A DNA stretch of 64,000 bases from a bacterium. Lineage in GTDB: Bacteria > Acidobacteriota > HRBIN11 > JAKEFK01. The DNA is taken from NCBI GenBank assembly GCA_022616075.1, contig JAKEFK010000211.1, positions 14,164 to 78,163 on the forward strand. The letters are read 5' to 3'. The notes under the pieces are model-generated. The model saw only the letters and a list, made by a program, of their open reading frames with translations, ran no database searches and was not told the DNA's origin. How positions within the stretch are numbered: position 1 is the first letter of the stretch; each line of letters starts with the position of its first letter. The position numbers and the translations under genes are program-made. Shown in pieces: positions 1-9,639 of the stretch.

Positions 1-366
1 AGACTCCAGCTGGAATTCCAGCGCGAAAAAAGCCGGTTCGTTAAAATGGCCATCAGTTTCAGTCTGTTTACGCTTGGTGAATCTGCTTACATCGACACCC
101 TTGTGTTGAACCTAAAGGAACGCGATTACCAGACCCAGGCCGAGACTTATCTCGTTGAGCTGGGGTCGCGCGCTGTACCTGCGGTTGCTGCATACCTGAA
201 AGGGGCTGACAACGATTTCAGAGTTTTATTGATTGACCTTCTGGGGAATATGCAACAGCCTTCGGCGATTCCTTACATCGAACCGTATCTAAAAGCAAAA
301 GAGATCAAAGTCGCACAAGCCGCAACGCATGCGGTAGGAAAGCTGCGGAGGATTCAAAACAGCTAG
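1..366 (+). CDS. HEAT-repeat protein, C-terminal part (5' end lies outside the window)
   Basis: Frame is open from base 1. Helical HEAT-like repeats (AVPAVAAYL, LIDLLGNM, AIPYIEPYL, VAQAATHAVG). Confidence 0.7.
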   Translation, partial: RLQLEFQREKSRFVKMAISFSLFTLGESAYIDTLVLNLKERDYQTQAETYLVELGSRAVPAVAAYLKGADNDFRVLLIDLLGNMQQPSAIPYIEPYLKAKEIKVAQAATHAVGKLRRIQNS

Positions 367-377
367 CCCAAGCTCTT

Positions 378-430
378 CGCAGGCGGGACGCCCGCGCTAC
401 TTTGACGCAGGCGGGACGCCCGCGCTACTT
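378..430. repeat. Two tandem 25-bp REP-like units (reverse complement AAGTAGCGCGGGCGTCCCGCCTGCG)
   Basis: Identical CGCAGGCGGGACGCCCGCGCTACTT at 378-402 and 406-430. Same arm as the elements at 55975 and 62107. Confidence 0.9.
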
Positions 431-449
431 CGCTTATAATAGTCTACCT

Positions 450-1889
450 ATGCCTTATCGCGATCTCCGGCAATTTATCGAAACGCTCGAAGAAATGGGG
501 GAGTTGAAGCGCATTCAAGCTCCGGTGGATGTGGAGCTTGAAATCGCGGAAATCACCGATCGTGTTTCCAAGCAGAATGGCCCTGCCCTGCTCTTTGAAA
601 ATCCCAAGGGCTACAATATTCCGGTGCTCATCAATGCGCTGGGCAGTAAAGCAAGAATGCTTGCTGCACTGGGATTGAGCTCGTACGAGACTTTCTTTGA
701 AAAGTATTTCGAGCTGCTGGAAAAACCGGAGAGCGTGATGGATAAGCTCAAGCTCATCCCGCGCTTGACTGAAATCGCGCAGATGGCTCCGAAGATCGTC
801 AAGTCTGGTTCCTGCAAGGAGGTCATTTTAAACGACAATCCCTCGGTGAAGTTTCTGCCGATTCTAAAATGCTGGCCCAAAGATGGCGGCCGCTACATCA
901 CTTTGCCACTCGTTTTTACGGTGAACCAGCGAACCGGCAAACACAATTGTGGCTGCTACCGTTTGCAGGTAGTGGACGATCGCACGCTCTTAATGCACTG
1001 GCAGTTGCACAAACACGGGGCGGCGCACCATCAAGAATATCTGGCTGAAAAAAAACGGATGGAAGTTGCGATCGCGATCGGATGCGATCCCGTTCTTACA
1101 TTCAGCGCGATTGCTCCGCTTCCGGACAATATTTACGAGATGCTTTTCGCCGGATTGCTTCGCGAAAAAGCGGTAGAGCTGGTCCAATGCGAAACGGTGG
1201 ATCTGCAGGTGCCCGCGCATGCTGAAATCGTGCTGGAAGGCTACGTAGACCCGGCTGAAGATCTAAGAGTAGAAGGCCCTTTTGGCGATCATACCGGCTA
1301 CTACTCGCTCGAAGATTTGTATCCCGCATTCCATTTGACGTGCATCACTCATCGAAATAATCCCATCTATCAAACCATCATTGTAGGGCCGCCTCCGCAA
1401 GAAGATGACTACATGGGCCAGGCCGTCGAGCGTTTGTTTTTGCCTGTGATCCAGAAACAGTTTCCGGAAATTGTAGACATGCACATGCCCTTTGAAGGAA
1501 TTTTTCACAACTTGATGTTTGTAAGCATCAAAAAACGCTACGCAGGACACGCGCGCAAAATCATGCATGGAATCTGGGGACTCGGCCAGGCGATGTTCAC
1601 AAAAGTGATTGTGGTGGTGGATGACGATGTGGATGTGCAGAACGTCCGCGAAGTCACATGGAAAGCGCTGAATCACATCGATCCCGAACGAGACATTGAA
1701 TTCGTGATGGGACCAATCGATGTACTGGATCATTCCTCACGTTTGATGGGCTACGGCTCCCACATGGGCGTTGACGCAACGCGCAAATGGAAAGAGGAAG
1801 GATTCACGCGCCCCTGGCCTGAAGAGATTATGATGAGTCCCGAAATCAAAGACCTCGTCACCAAACGCTGGAAAGAGTACGGATTCTAA
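450..1889 (+). CDS. ubiD: UbiD-family decarboxylase (menaquinone/futalosine pathway, MqnL-like)
   Basis: MPYRDLRQFIE start, EGPFGDHTGYY motif, WKEYGF end. ATG 450 is preferred because the track's start at 402 lies inside a repeat. Confidence 0.92.
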   Translation: MPYRDLRQFIETLEEMGELKRIQAPVDVELEIAEITDRVSKQNGPALLFENPKGYNIPVLINALGSKARMLAALGLSSYETFFEKYFELLEKPESVMDKLKLIPRLTEIAQMAPKIVKSGSCKEVILNDNPSVKFLPILKCWPKDGGRYITLPLVFTVNQRTGKHNCGCYRLQVVDDRTLLMHWQLHKHGAAHHQEYLAEKKRMEVAIAIGCDPVLTFSAIAPLPDNIYEMLFAGLLREKAVELVQCETVDLQVPAHAEIVLEGYVDPAEDLRVEGPFGDHTGYYSLEDLYPAFHLTCITHRNNPIYQTIIVGPPPQEDDYMGQAVERLFLPVIQKQFPEIVDMHMPFEGIFHNLMFVSIKKRYAGHARKIMHGIWGLGQAMFTKVIVVVDDDVDVQNVREVTWKALNHIDPERDIEFVMGPIDVLDHSSRLMGYGSHMGVDATRKWKEEGFTRPWPEEIMMSPEIKDLVTKRWKEYGF

Positions 1890-2441
1890 CTAAAGACCGC
1901 GGAATACAGCAGACACCGTTAAATTCAGATTGGGCAGCAATGGAGTCGATAGCGTGTCTGATTCCGAAAAGATGCCAACCAGCTCGTATTTGCTTTCAGC
2001 AAGTTTGAAAACTTCTATGCACCTTTTTTGCAGATCGAGCAGCCAGTACTCTCGAACACCGTAGCGAGCGTACAAATCTTTCTTAACAAAATAATCTCTT
2101 TCCCTGTGGGTGGGGGAAACAACCTCCACTGCCAGGTCGGGCGGGCCTTGGATGTTCTTTTCGCCAATAATGTTCATTCGCTCTTTCGAAATAAAAAGAA
2201 GATCCGGCTGAACGACATCATGATCGGACAGTAATACATCAAGCGGGGCGAAAAAGACTTCACCAAGATCACTTTTAGTGATGTATTCGCGAAGCAAAGA
2301 AAATAAGTTGCCAGATGCTCTTTGATGCGGCGTTGTAGGGGCTGGTGTCATCAGCAATTCTCCATCGATGAGCTCATAGCGCTGATCGTCCGGCAGCATT
2401 GCGTAGTCGTGATAAGTCATCTTAATGCGGGTTGTTAACAT
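1890..2441 (-). CDS. Uma2-family (DUF820) PD-(D/E)XK endonuclease
   Basis: YELIDGEL..MTPAP..HQ, VVQPDLLF, PDLAVEVVSP, KxxLYARYGVREYWLLD motifs. Confidence 0.92.
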   Translation of the reverse strand: MLTTRIKMTYHDYAMLPDDQRYELIDGELLMTPAPTTPHQRASGNLFSLLREYITKSDLGEVFFAPLDVLLSDHDVVQPDLLFISKERMNIIGEKNIQGPPDLAVEVVSPTHRERDYFVKKDLYARYGVREYWLLDLQKRCIEVFKLAESKYELVGIFSESDTLSTPLLPNLNLTVSAVFRGL

Positions 2442-2539
2442 ATCTTACATCTAAATTATAATTCATCCTGAAGTAAACAAACACAATACTGTAATGCCAA
2501 TAGAAGGTGGAAGGAAAATTTTCATGAAAATCGGCACCT

Positions 2540-2614
2540 GCGGGCAAGATGCCCGCGGCGTGTGATGCAGGCTGGAAGCCTTCGCTCCGTTGGCAGGCTG
2601 GAAGCCTGCGTTCC
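2540..2614. repeat. Cluster of three REP-like palindromes
   Basis: GCGGGC-AAGAT-GCCCGC at 2540-2556, and GCAGGCTGGAAGCCT(T/G)CG(C/T)TCC at 2567-2588 and 2593-2614. Confidence 0.8.
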
Positions 2615-2692
2615 GTTGACATGTTAAAATGAAGGGCATGCATGTGGTTTACGCCCGGACGCGATTTCTATCCCTACCAAGCTGAGTAGCAC

Positions 2693-5600
2693 ATGTCCGA
2701 TTACTTGAAGGAAGCACGAAAGGCGAGGCGTCAAAAGGACTTCTCTAAGGCGGGTGATTTTTTTTATCTCGCCGGGGATGAAAAGGGCGCCATGGAGATG
2801 TACTTAAAGGGCGGACACTACTCTCTCGCGGCGCGCATGCTTGAAAAAAGCGGGGAGTGGAAAGAAGCGGCCAAGTACTACGTTCAAGCCGGAAAAATTT
2901 CCGATGCTGCCGAAATTTACAGCAGCCGGTTGAAGGATTACCGCACAGCATCAGCGATGTTTGAAAAAAATGGCGATGTTTTGCGGGCATCCGAAATGGC
3001 TGAGAAAGCGGGGGACATCCCCCGTGCGGCCTTTCTGGCGGAAAAAGCTGATCTGCTCGACCGCGCGGCCCATCTTTTTGTGCAGGCGCAAAAATATGAG
3101 CGCGCCGCCGATGTTTACTTCCGGCGATTTAAACAACTCTATGCAGAAAGAGAGGAGAAGGGCTTCATTCAGAGTCACCGCACGAGGATGCAGAGAGTGG
3201 GTCATGCGGCGGGCACTCTCTACCTTCGGTACAAGAAGTACGAAAAAGCGGCTGAGGCTTTCGAGCTAAACGAAAACTACACGAAGGCGGCTGAGTGTTA
3301 TTCCCTGGCGAATCAATGGGAAAAAGCAGCGGAGCTTTACTACCGGATTCATGATTATGAGTCAGCATACCAGCTGCTGTCCCGTCTGGAAGACCGTCTC
3401 ACGAACAAAGAACTACTGGCGGATATCTGTTTTCAAAAACACGATTTCCTGCAAGCCGGCGAACTTTACTTGCAGATCGACCGCAAGCCGCGAGCCGCCG
3501 AAGCATTTGAACGGGCCGAGGATTATCAACGTGCTGCCTACTACTATGAAATGCTCGAGGATTATCCGAAAGCGGCCGAACTTAATTTAAAACAACAGGA
3601 TTTCAAAAAGGCAGCTCAATTATTCGAAAAATCAAAGAACTTCGAACAAGCGGCTCATTATTATGAAGAGGCGGATATGGTGGATCAGGCGATCCAGTGT
3701 CTGATCCGCTCGGGTGGCAGCATTCGTGCCGCAAAACTCTTAATAGAAAGAAAAAATATTCAGCCCGCGATTTCGATTCTTCAGCAGATTCATCCCGAAG
3801 ACGATGACTATTCGGAAGCCTGCATTCTGCTGGGACAACTCTTCACACAAATGGAGATGTATTCGGTGGCCCAGCAGAAATTCAAGGAAGCGATTCGGGA
3901 CCAACCTTTATCTAAAAAAAATATTGAAACTTATTACGGTCTGGCCTTTGCGTATGAAAAGGCGGCGCAATACTCCAAGGCACGCGAGATATACGAAAAA
4001 ATCATTTCAGTCGATCTGGATTTCAGCGATACGTTGAAGCGGCTTCAGCGGATCAAGACTTCGAATTTATTAGATGGCGTTCAGAGCGCTGAGTTCACAC
4101 CAACAGGTATGAAACGAATGCTGGCATCCCGATATGAGCTGATGGAAAAGCTTGGAAAGGATCCCTTCGGGAAACTATACAGGGCCATGGATACAGTTCT
4201 GGCAAGGCCCTGTCTGATCCGTCGATTCCCGGAACAGGACAAAAACATCACGCGCAATATTCTTGAGCAAACTCGCATTGTCTCCGGTCTCATCCACAGC
4301 AATATTCTGACGATCTATGACAGCGGAAAGGATGAGGACTACTACTTTGTTTGCATGGAGTATGTGGAGGGTCCGACGCTCCGGCAGCGGCTTTCTCACG
4401 GGCCGATTGAAGTTTCAGAAGTTTGCGAGCTGGTCTCCCAAATCTGTCTCGGTCTTGCTTTCGCTCACAAAAGGGGAATCGTTCATAAGAATCTTTGTCC
4501 CGAAAACATTTACTGCGCTGCAGGCAATCAAATAAAAATTTCCAATTTTGGAATCGATGCGAAATGGGAAAAAGGAAGCACTTTGATTTCAAAGCAATAT
4601 TCAAGTCCGGAACAAATTCTGGGACAGAAAGTGGATTTGCGCACGGACTTCTATTCGCTGGGAATTGTGCTATACGAAATGCTCTACGGAAAAGCACCTT
4701 TCAACGGCCAGGACGTCGAACTGCAGCACATTAAGCAAGCGCCGGCTTTTCCGGATACTTATCCGCTGCCGGTTCCTGTTTTCCTGTTGAAGATCATGCA
4801 GAAGTGCTTACATAAAGATCCCAAACGTCGTTATGCAGACGCCGAGATGATCCTGGATGAACTGGAAGTGGCTGATATTGTCGCCGGGATGATTCTGAAC
4901 CAGAGGTACGAAATCATTAAAGAGATTGGACTGGGTGGAATGGGGCACGTGTACAAAGCGCGCGATCGCGACCTAGATGAGATCGTGGCCCTCAAAGTTT
5001 TGCGCGCCGAAATCAGCACAGATCCGGTCATTCAAAAAAGATTTCTTCGCGAGATCAAAGTCACACGAATGATCGCCCATCCTTGTGTTGTAAAGGTTTT
5101 CGACACCGGCAAATACAAAGGGAATCGCTACATATCCATGGAATACATTGAAGGGATCAGTCTGGATGACTGGTTGAAGAAAGGAAAGCCTGACTTCAAA
5201 TCGATGCTGGCCGTAATCGTCAAAATCCTGCAAGGCGTTCAGGCGGCCCACACGCAAGGAATCATTCATCGTGATCTAAAACCGCAAAACGTGTTGATTG
5301 ATAAATCATTGAATCCTCATGTTCTTGATTTTGGAATTGCTCGATCGATGGACAACGTGGATGCCACAAGCGGCCAGATCATGGGTTCTCCGAAATACAT
5401 GTCGCCAGAGCAAATTCAAGGCAAGGATCTAGATGGCCGGTCGGATCAATATGCCACGGGTGTCCTGATGTTTCTCATGTTTACCGGTGAAGAACCATTC
5501 ACCGGTGAAGATCCCAGGACCATTGTTTTGAAGCACTTAAGCCAGCCGCCACCCGATATGTTGAAGCTGAATCCGGACATTCCGGATTGGATCCACAAAA

Positions 5601-5710
5601 TCATTTTGAAAACATTGGAAAAGGATCGAAATCAGCGTTATTCTTCGTTAAAAGAACTATTGGACGATTTAAAAAAAGGTTACGAATCGCACAAACACTC
5701 AGGAGAATAA
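2693..5710 (+). CDS. TPR/alpha-solenoid protein with a degenerate kinase domain followed by an intact Ser/Thr kinase domain
   Basis: About 470 aa of KAAExY-type repeats. First domain has CLIR/HKN/NFG. Second domain has GLGGMG, VALK, HRDLKPQN, DFG. Confidence 0.9.
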   Translation: MSDYLKEARKARRQKDFSKAGDFFYLAGDEKGAMEMYLKGGHYSLAARMLEKSGEWKEAAKYYVQAGKISDAAEIYSSRLKDYRTASAMFEKNGDVLRASEMAEKAGDIPRAAFLAEKADLLDRAAHLFVQAQKYERAADVYFRRFKQLYAEREEKGFIQSHRTRMQRVGHAAGTLYLRYKKYEKAAEAFELNENYTKAAECYSLANQWEKAAELYYRIHDYESAYQLLSRLEDRLTNKELLADICFQKHDFLQAGELYLQIDRKPRAAEAFERAEDYQRAAYYYEMLEDYPKAAELNLKQQDFKKAAQLFEKSKNFEQAAHYYEEADMVDQAIQCLIRSGGSIRAAKLLIERKNIQPAISILQQIHPEDDDYSEACILLGQLFTQMEMYSVAQQKFKEAIRDQPLSKKNIETYYGLAFAYEKAAQYSKAREIYEKIISVDLDFSDTLKRLQRIKTSNLLDGVQSAEFTPTGMKRMLASRYELMEKLGKDPFGKLYRAMDTVLARPCLIRRFPEQDKNITRNILEQTRIVSGLIHSNILTIYDSGKDEDYYFVCMEYVEGPTLRQRLSHGPIEVSEVCELVSQICLGLAFAHKRGIVHKNLCPENIYCAAGNQIKISNFGIDAKWEKGSTLISKQYSSPEQILGQKVDLRTDFYSLGIVLYEMLYGKAPFNGQDVELQHIKQAPAFPDTYPLPVPVFLLKIMQKCLHKDPKRRYADAEMILDELEVADIVAGMILNQRYEIIKEIGLGGMGHVYKARDRDLDEIVALKVLRAEISTDPVIQKRFLREIKVTRMIAHPCVVKVFDTGKYKGNRYISMEYIEGISLDDWLKKGKPDFKSMLAVIVKILQGVQAAHTQGIIHRDLKPQNVLIDKSLNPHVLDFGIARSMDNVDATSGQIMGSPKYMSPEQIQGKDLDGRSDQYATGVLMFLMFTGEEPFTGEDPRTIVLKHLSQPPPDMLKLNPDIPDWIHKIILKTLEKDRNQRYSSLKELLDDLKKGYESHKHSGE

Positions 5711-5712
5711 GA

Positions 5713-6393
5713 ATGAAACACTTTTTCATAGTTTTGGCATTCTTGGGGATGGCCACTCTTTGTTTTGCAGACACCACCATCATTCAGAAAGTGGCATCAG
5801 GACCGGTTATGGGACAATCAGGCACAAATGCAATCCAAACGATGAAGATCAAAGGGACCAAAGCACGAATTGATCATGACAACGTAAAGCAGTACCAAAT
5901 ACTCGACCTTGCTGCGAAGAAAGTGTACACCATCGATAACGAAAAGAAACAAGCGATGGTGATGAGTCTGGATATGATGAATGCTGCGGGAGCGATGTTC
6001 AAGCAGATGAATAAAGATGCGAAGTTGAACATTCAAAATACAGGCAACACCCGGACGGTGAACGGTTTTAAGTGCACCGACTATGTCATTTCCATGACAG
6101 GCGGAATGGGATTGACATCCAAACAATGTTTGACCAAAGACATCGATTCTTCAGATTTTGAAGCGTTCCGGCCTTACGCGGAAGGAATGGTCAAAATGTT
6201 TTTGGGAGATAATGCTGCCCAATTACCGGAAGGAATGGCCGTTGTGACAGAGACGCAAATGACCATGCTGGGACAGAAGGTAGACTCAAAAACCGAGCTT
6301 CAAAGCGTGAAAAAAGAAGAGATCCCCGGTTCCGTTTTTGAAATCCCGGCCGGCTACGCAGTGACGGAAATGCCTGGCATGCCAAAGCAGTAG
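5713..6393 (+). CDS. Secreted DUF4412-like protein
   Basis: Signal peptide MKHFFIVLAFLGMATLCFA; TGNTRTVNGFKC and FEIPAGY motifs. ATG 5713 is preferred to the track start at 5587. Confidence 0.75.
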   Translation: MKHFFIVLAFLGMATLCFADTTIIQKVASGPVMGQSGTNAIQTMKIKGTKARIDHDNVKQYQILDLAAKKVYTIDNEKKQAMVMSLDMMNAAGAMFKQMNKDAKLNIQNTGNTRTVNGFKCTDYVISMTGGMGLTSKQCLTKDIDSSDFEAFRPYAEGMVKMFLGDNAAQLPEGMAVVTETQMTMLGQKVDSKTELQSVKKEEIPGSVFEIPAGYAVTEMPGMPKQ

Positions 6394-6430
6394 CTCAGCA
6401 AAGTTTAAAGTGCTGAGCAATGAGTGCTGA

Positions 6431-7615
6431 GTGATGACGGAAAAGCTATTTTGGATTGATCCCTACCAGAAGGAGTTTTCAGCGAGTGTTCTGCGCCAAT
6501 TTCCGGTGCAGGATGGTCATGCCGTGATTCTGGACCGGACCTGTTTTTACGCCACTTCCGGCGGACAGCCAAATGATCTTGGAATCCTGAACCTTCAGCC
6601 TGTCAAGGACGTTCGTTTTGAGCATGACAGCATCCTTCACATCGTTTCTACTCCATTAGAAGGAATCAGTGCGCAGGGAATGATTGATTGGTCCCGCAGA
6701 TTTGACCATATGCAGCAACACACGGGACAGCATATTCTATCCGCTGCTTTTTTCCGGTTATTTCAAGCGGAGACATCTTCGTTTCATCTGGGGGATGAGT
6801 ACTGCAGCATTGAGTTAAACCGGCCGAACCTGAGCCGGGAGGATGTCCGGAAAGCGGAAGCTCTGGCAAACAACGTCATTTTCGGAACAGAGCCGGTTCA
6901 ATCCTTTTTTGTCGAGCCTGAAAAGGCGGCAGATTACCAGTTGCGAAAGCAGTCCGACCTTCAGGAATCTTTGCGCATTGTCCAGATCGCAGACTTCGAT
7001 CTTTCGCCCTGCAGTGGAACGCATGTCAGAAACTCCGGCGAAGTCGGAATCGTTTTTATTACAGGCGCCGAAAAGCTTTCGCAAACTTTGAAGGTTTCCT
7101 TCCTTTGCGGCAATCGAGTCGCAAAACAGTATCACGTAGACCTGGAGATTCTAAAAACTCTCTCCAGGAACATGACCACTTCGGTTGAGCTGCTTCCGGA
7201 ATCGATTCAAAAGCTACAGGATCAATTGAAGGAATTGCGGAAAGAACTATCTCATCTGAAAGAGGAACGCTGGAAGGAAGAAGCGGATCACCTTTATCAG
7301 AACGCAGAAGACTGGAATGGATTGCGAAGAACTCTCTGCATCTGGAAGCGTCCCTATGCGGAAGTGCGTTTTCTTGCGCAAAGACTCTCAGAGAAGCAAT
7401 TTGCAGCGGGCGCGCTTGTCAGTATTCCTGAACGCCGGGCCGTTTTTTTCAAGAATCCTCAAGTAGCTTACGATTTGCGTCCGATCTTCCAGGGGTTTTT
7501 GCAAGGATATTCTGCAAAAGGGGGCGGGCCGCCTCATTTCATGGAAGCAGGCGCATTTGAAGCTGGTCCGGAATTTGAAGCAAAGATGAAACTATTATGG
7601 GAGCAACAACTTTAA
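6431..7615 (+). CDS. alaX: Alanyl-tRNA editing protein (AlaX family, long form)
   Basis: FYATSGGQPND, HMQQHTGQH and CSGTH zinc motifs; C-terminal KGGG. Confidence 0.88.
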   Translation: MMTEKLFWIDPYQKEFSASVLRQFPVQDGHAVILDRTCFYATSGGQPNDLGILNLQPVKDVRFEHDSILHIVSTPLEGISAQGMIDWSRRFDHMQQHTGQHILSAAFFRLFQAETSSFHLGDEYCSIELNRPNLSREDVRKAEALANNVIFGTEPVQSFFVEPEKAADYQLRKQSDLQESLRIVQIADFDLSPCSGTHVRNSGEVGIVFITGAEKLSQTLKVSFLCGNRVAKQYHVDLEILKTLSRNMTTSVELLPESIQKLQDQLKELRKELSHLKEERWKEEADHLYQNAEDWNGLRRTLCIWKRPYAEVRFLAQRLSEKQFAAGALVSIPERRAVFFKNPQVAYDLRPIFQGFLQGYSAKGGGPPHFMEAGAFEAGPEFEAKMKLLWEQQL

Positions 7616-8772
7616 AGGCGAAACTGTTTCTGATTTTATTTCTTTTACCGGCAGTGACTGCCCTATCGGAAGAGGAAATGAATTACGAGCAAATGGCGGA
7701 AAGGATTCTGGCATCGCTTCATCTTCAACCGGGCGAGCGAGTGTTCATCCGTTATGATCCAACATATTTTGCCGAACTTGTGGCTCCTTTGCGCAAAGGA
7801 ATTCGTTCCGTTGCAGCAATCGACCTTGCAGCAATGGAATATGTGGGAGGGACCGAGCGTTTGCAGGGAATTCCCGTCGACCCGATGATCCGCAAGATGC
7901 AAAGAGAGGCGCATCTCAAAGCTTTTACGGGCTTACTCGATGTTGTGGATGTTTATCTCTGGTTGCCGGCTGCAAAAGGAAGCGACCTTTACGATGTTGA
8001 AGAGGAAGCGCTGCGGAACTGGTTAAAGAAAGGAGGCACGCGGAGGCAAATTCATTTTCACTGGCAAACCGGAAGCATGATGGCCGACGGTCTATCCGGC
8101 GAGCATAGCGAAGATTTGGACCGGATGTATCAGGATGCACTGAATATTTCTTACGAACAACTTTCCGCGGCTCAGGACCGCGCGATCGAGCTGCTCCGTT
8201 CCGGTAAAGTGAAAGTAACAACACCGGAAGGAACAGACCTTACTTTCACCATAGGCGCAAGACCGTTCAACAAACAGAATGGAGATGCGACTGCCGAACG
8301 CGCGCAAGGAGCGCGCATGTTGATCGACCGGGAAATTGAATTGCCTGCCGGAGTCCTCCGAACCGCCCCCATTGAAGATTCGGTCAACGGAACCATGGTG
8401 ATCCCGGTTGTGCGATTTGCGGATGTCACTGTAAAAAACTTAAACCTCCAGATCCGGCAAGGACGCGTGATCTCGATCACGGCTTCTGAAAATGGCGATG
8501 TCGCGGAAAAAGCCTTAAAAGAAGCAGGTGATGTCGCATTGCGATTTCGCGAGTTCGGTCTGGGATTCAATCCAAAACTGGTGATCGAGTCCGGAAACGA
8601 AATTTTACCGTACTACGGATACGGTGCAGGCGTCGTCCGACTCAGTCTGGGCGACAATCAGGAGCTCGGCGGCAATGTTCGCGGGGGCTTCGTCCGGTGG
8701 TTCTTTTTCCCAAATGCGACGGTCCAGGCGAGCAATAAGATTCTCGTGCGTGACGGCAAACTGGTCGAGTGA
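7597..8772 (+). CDS. Secreted metallo-aminopeptidase (M29/thermophilic-metalloprotease-like)
   Basis: Signal peptide; TPEGTDLTF, ELPAG, EFGLGFNP and LSLGDN motifs. Confidence 0.65.
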   Translation: MGATTLKAKLFLILFLLPAVTALSEEEMNYEQMAERILASLHLQPGERVFIRYDPTYFAELVAPLRKGIRSVAAIDLAAMEYVGGTERLQGIPVDPMIRKMQREAHLKAFTGLLDVVDVYLWLPAAKGSDLYDVEEEALRNWLKKGGTRRQIHFHWQTGSMMADGLSGEHSEDLDRMYQDALNISYEQLSAAQDRAIELLRSGKVKVTTPEGTDLTFTIGARPFNKQNGDATAERAQGARMLIDREIELPAGVLRTAPIEDSVNGTMVIPVVRFADVTVKNLNLQIRQGRVISITASENGDVAEKALKEAGDVALRFREFGLGFNPKLVIESGNEILPYYGYGAGVVRLSLGDNQELGGNVRGGFVRWFFFPNATVQASNKILVRDGKLVE

Positions 8773-8773
8773 C

Positions 8774-9121
8774 ATGAATATCGTTGAGGAGCTGCGTGCG
8801 CGGCTCCCCGGACTGGAAAAAGTAAATTCGCTCGAGGACATTGTGCTTTTTCTTATCGAGCAGGTTCAGCGAAAGGAAACGGATTCTTTTGAAACTTTTT
8901 TTCAATACGTTGAGCAACAACTGATTTTCGCAAACCGGGAGGTTGCCGACAGGTTAATTGTGGAGCTTCTGGAAGCTTTGAAAAACCAGTCCTCGCTGCG
9001 TGACATGGATTATGCTATCTTTGAAAACTGGATCGGACCAGAAACGCACGTCGCCTGGCGTTGGCTCGAAAAAAAATGGAAAGGAAAAACAAGTCTCAGA
9101 GATACGGCATCAGGGTTATAA
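8774..9121 (+). CDS. Hypothetical helical protein
   Basis: ATG 2 nt after the upstream stop; fills the gap in a co-oriented run. Function unknown. Confidence 0.55.
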   Translation: MNIVEELRARLPGLEKVNSLEDIVLFLIEQVQRKETDSFETFFQYVEQQLIFANREVADRLIVELLEALKNQSSLRDMDYAIFENWIGPETHVAWRWLEKKWKGKTSLRDTASGL

Positions 9122-9639
9122 CCATACTCGCTGTCTTTCTACTCGCTTCATTGACTTCTTGCAAAAAAGATTCTGTTGACGACATCAGCATGAAATCACT
9201 GGCAGAACTGCCCTCGAAACATTCGATTGTTGTGATCAATTTCTGGGCAACCTGGTGTCCACCTTGCCTGGTTGAGATTCCCTATTTGAATCGGTTGCAC
9301 AAACAGCGTCCTGATGTCCATATTTATGGGATCTCCACGGATGATCCGGCTCTTGGGCGAGAAGTATTTAAGGTTGTTGAGAGATATAGGATCCGCTATC
9401 CGGTTTATATGAAAGAGCGAAGCAGCAAAGACGAGTCGAACCGCGAATGGTACCAGACCGTAGACATGATTCCGGTTACGTTCATATTCAAAGATGGAAA
9501 ACTACACAACACGATTCTGGGTGGCATAGAAAAGGAGAATGAGCTCACGGATGCGATTGATGGTCCTTCAGAAGAGGAGCTGTACGCGCAAGAAGAATCC
9601 GAAGAGGATGAAGATTGGTCCGAAGATGAGGAAGAGTAG
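9061..9639 (+). CDS. TlpA-family thioredoxin-like lipoprotein with acidic C-terminal tail
   Basis: Lipobox [12 protein letters not shown] active site, IPVT cis-Pro motif. Confidence 0.88.
   Translation: MARKKMERKNKSQRYGIRVITILAVFLLASLTSCKKDSVDDISMKSLAELPSKHSIVVINFWATWCPPCLVEIPYLNRLHKQRPDVHIYGISTDDPALGREVFKVVERYRIRYPVYMKERSSKDESNREWYQTVDMIPVTFIFKDGKLHNTILGGIEKENELTDAIDGPSEEELYAQEESEEDEDWSEDEEE

Noticed and set aside
378-2618. Tandem 25-26 bp repeats as a mini CRISPR array
   Set aside because: Only two units each, with 0-3 nt between them, no unique spacers and no cas genes. They fit REP-type repeats.
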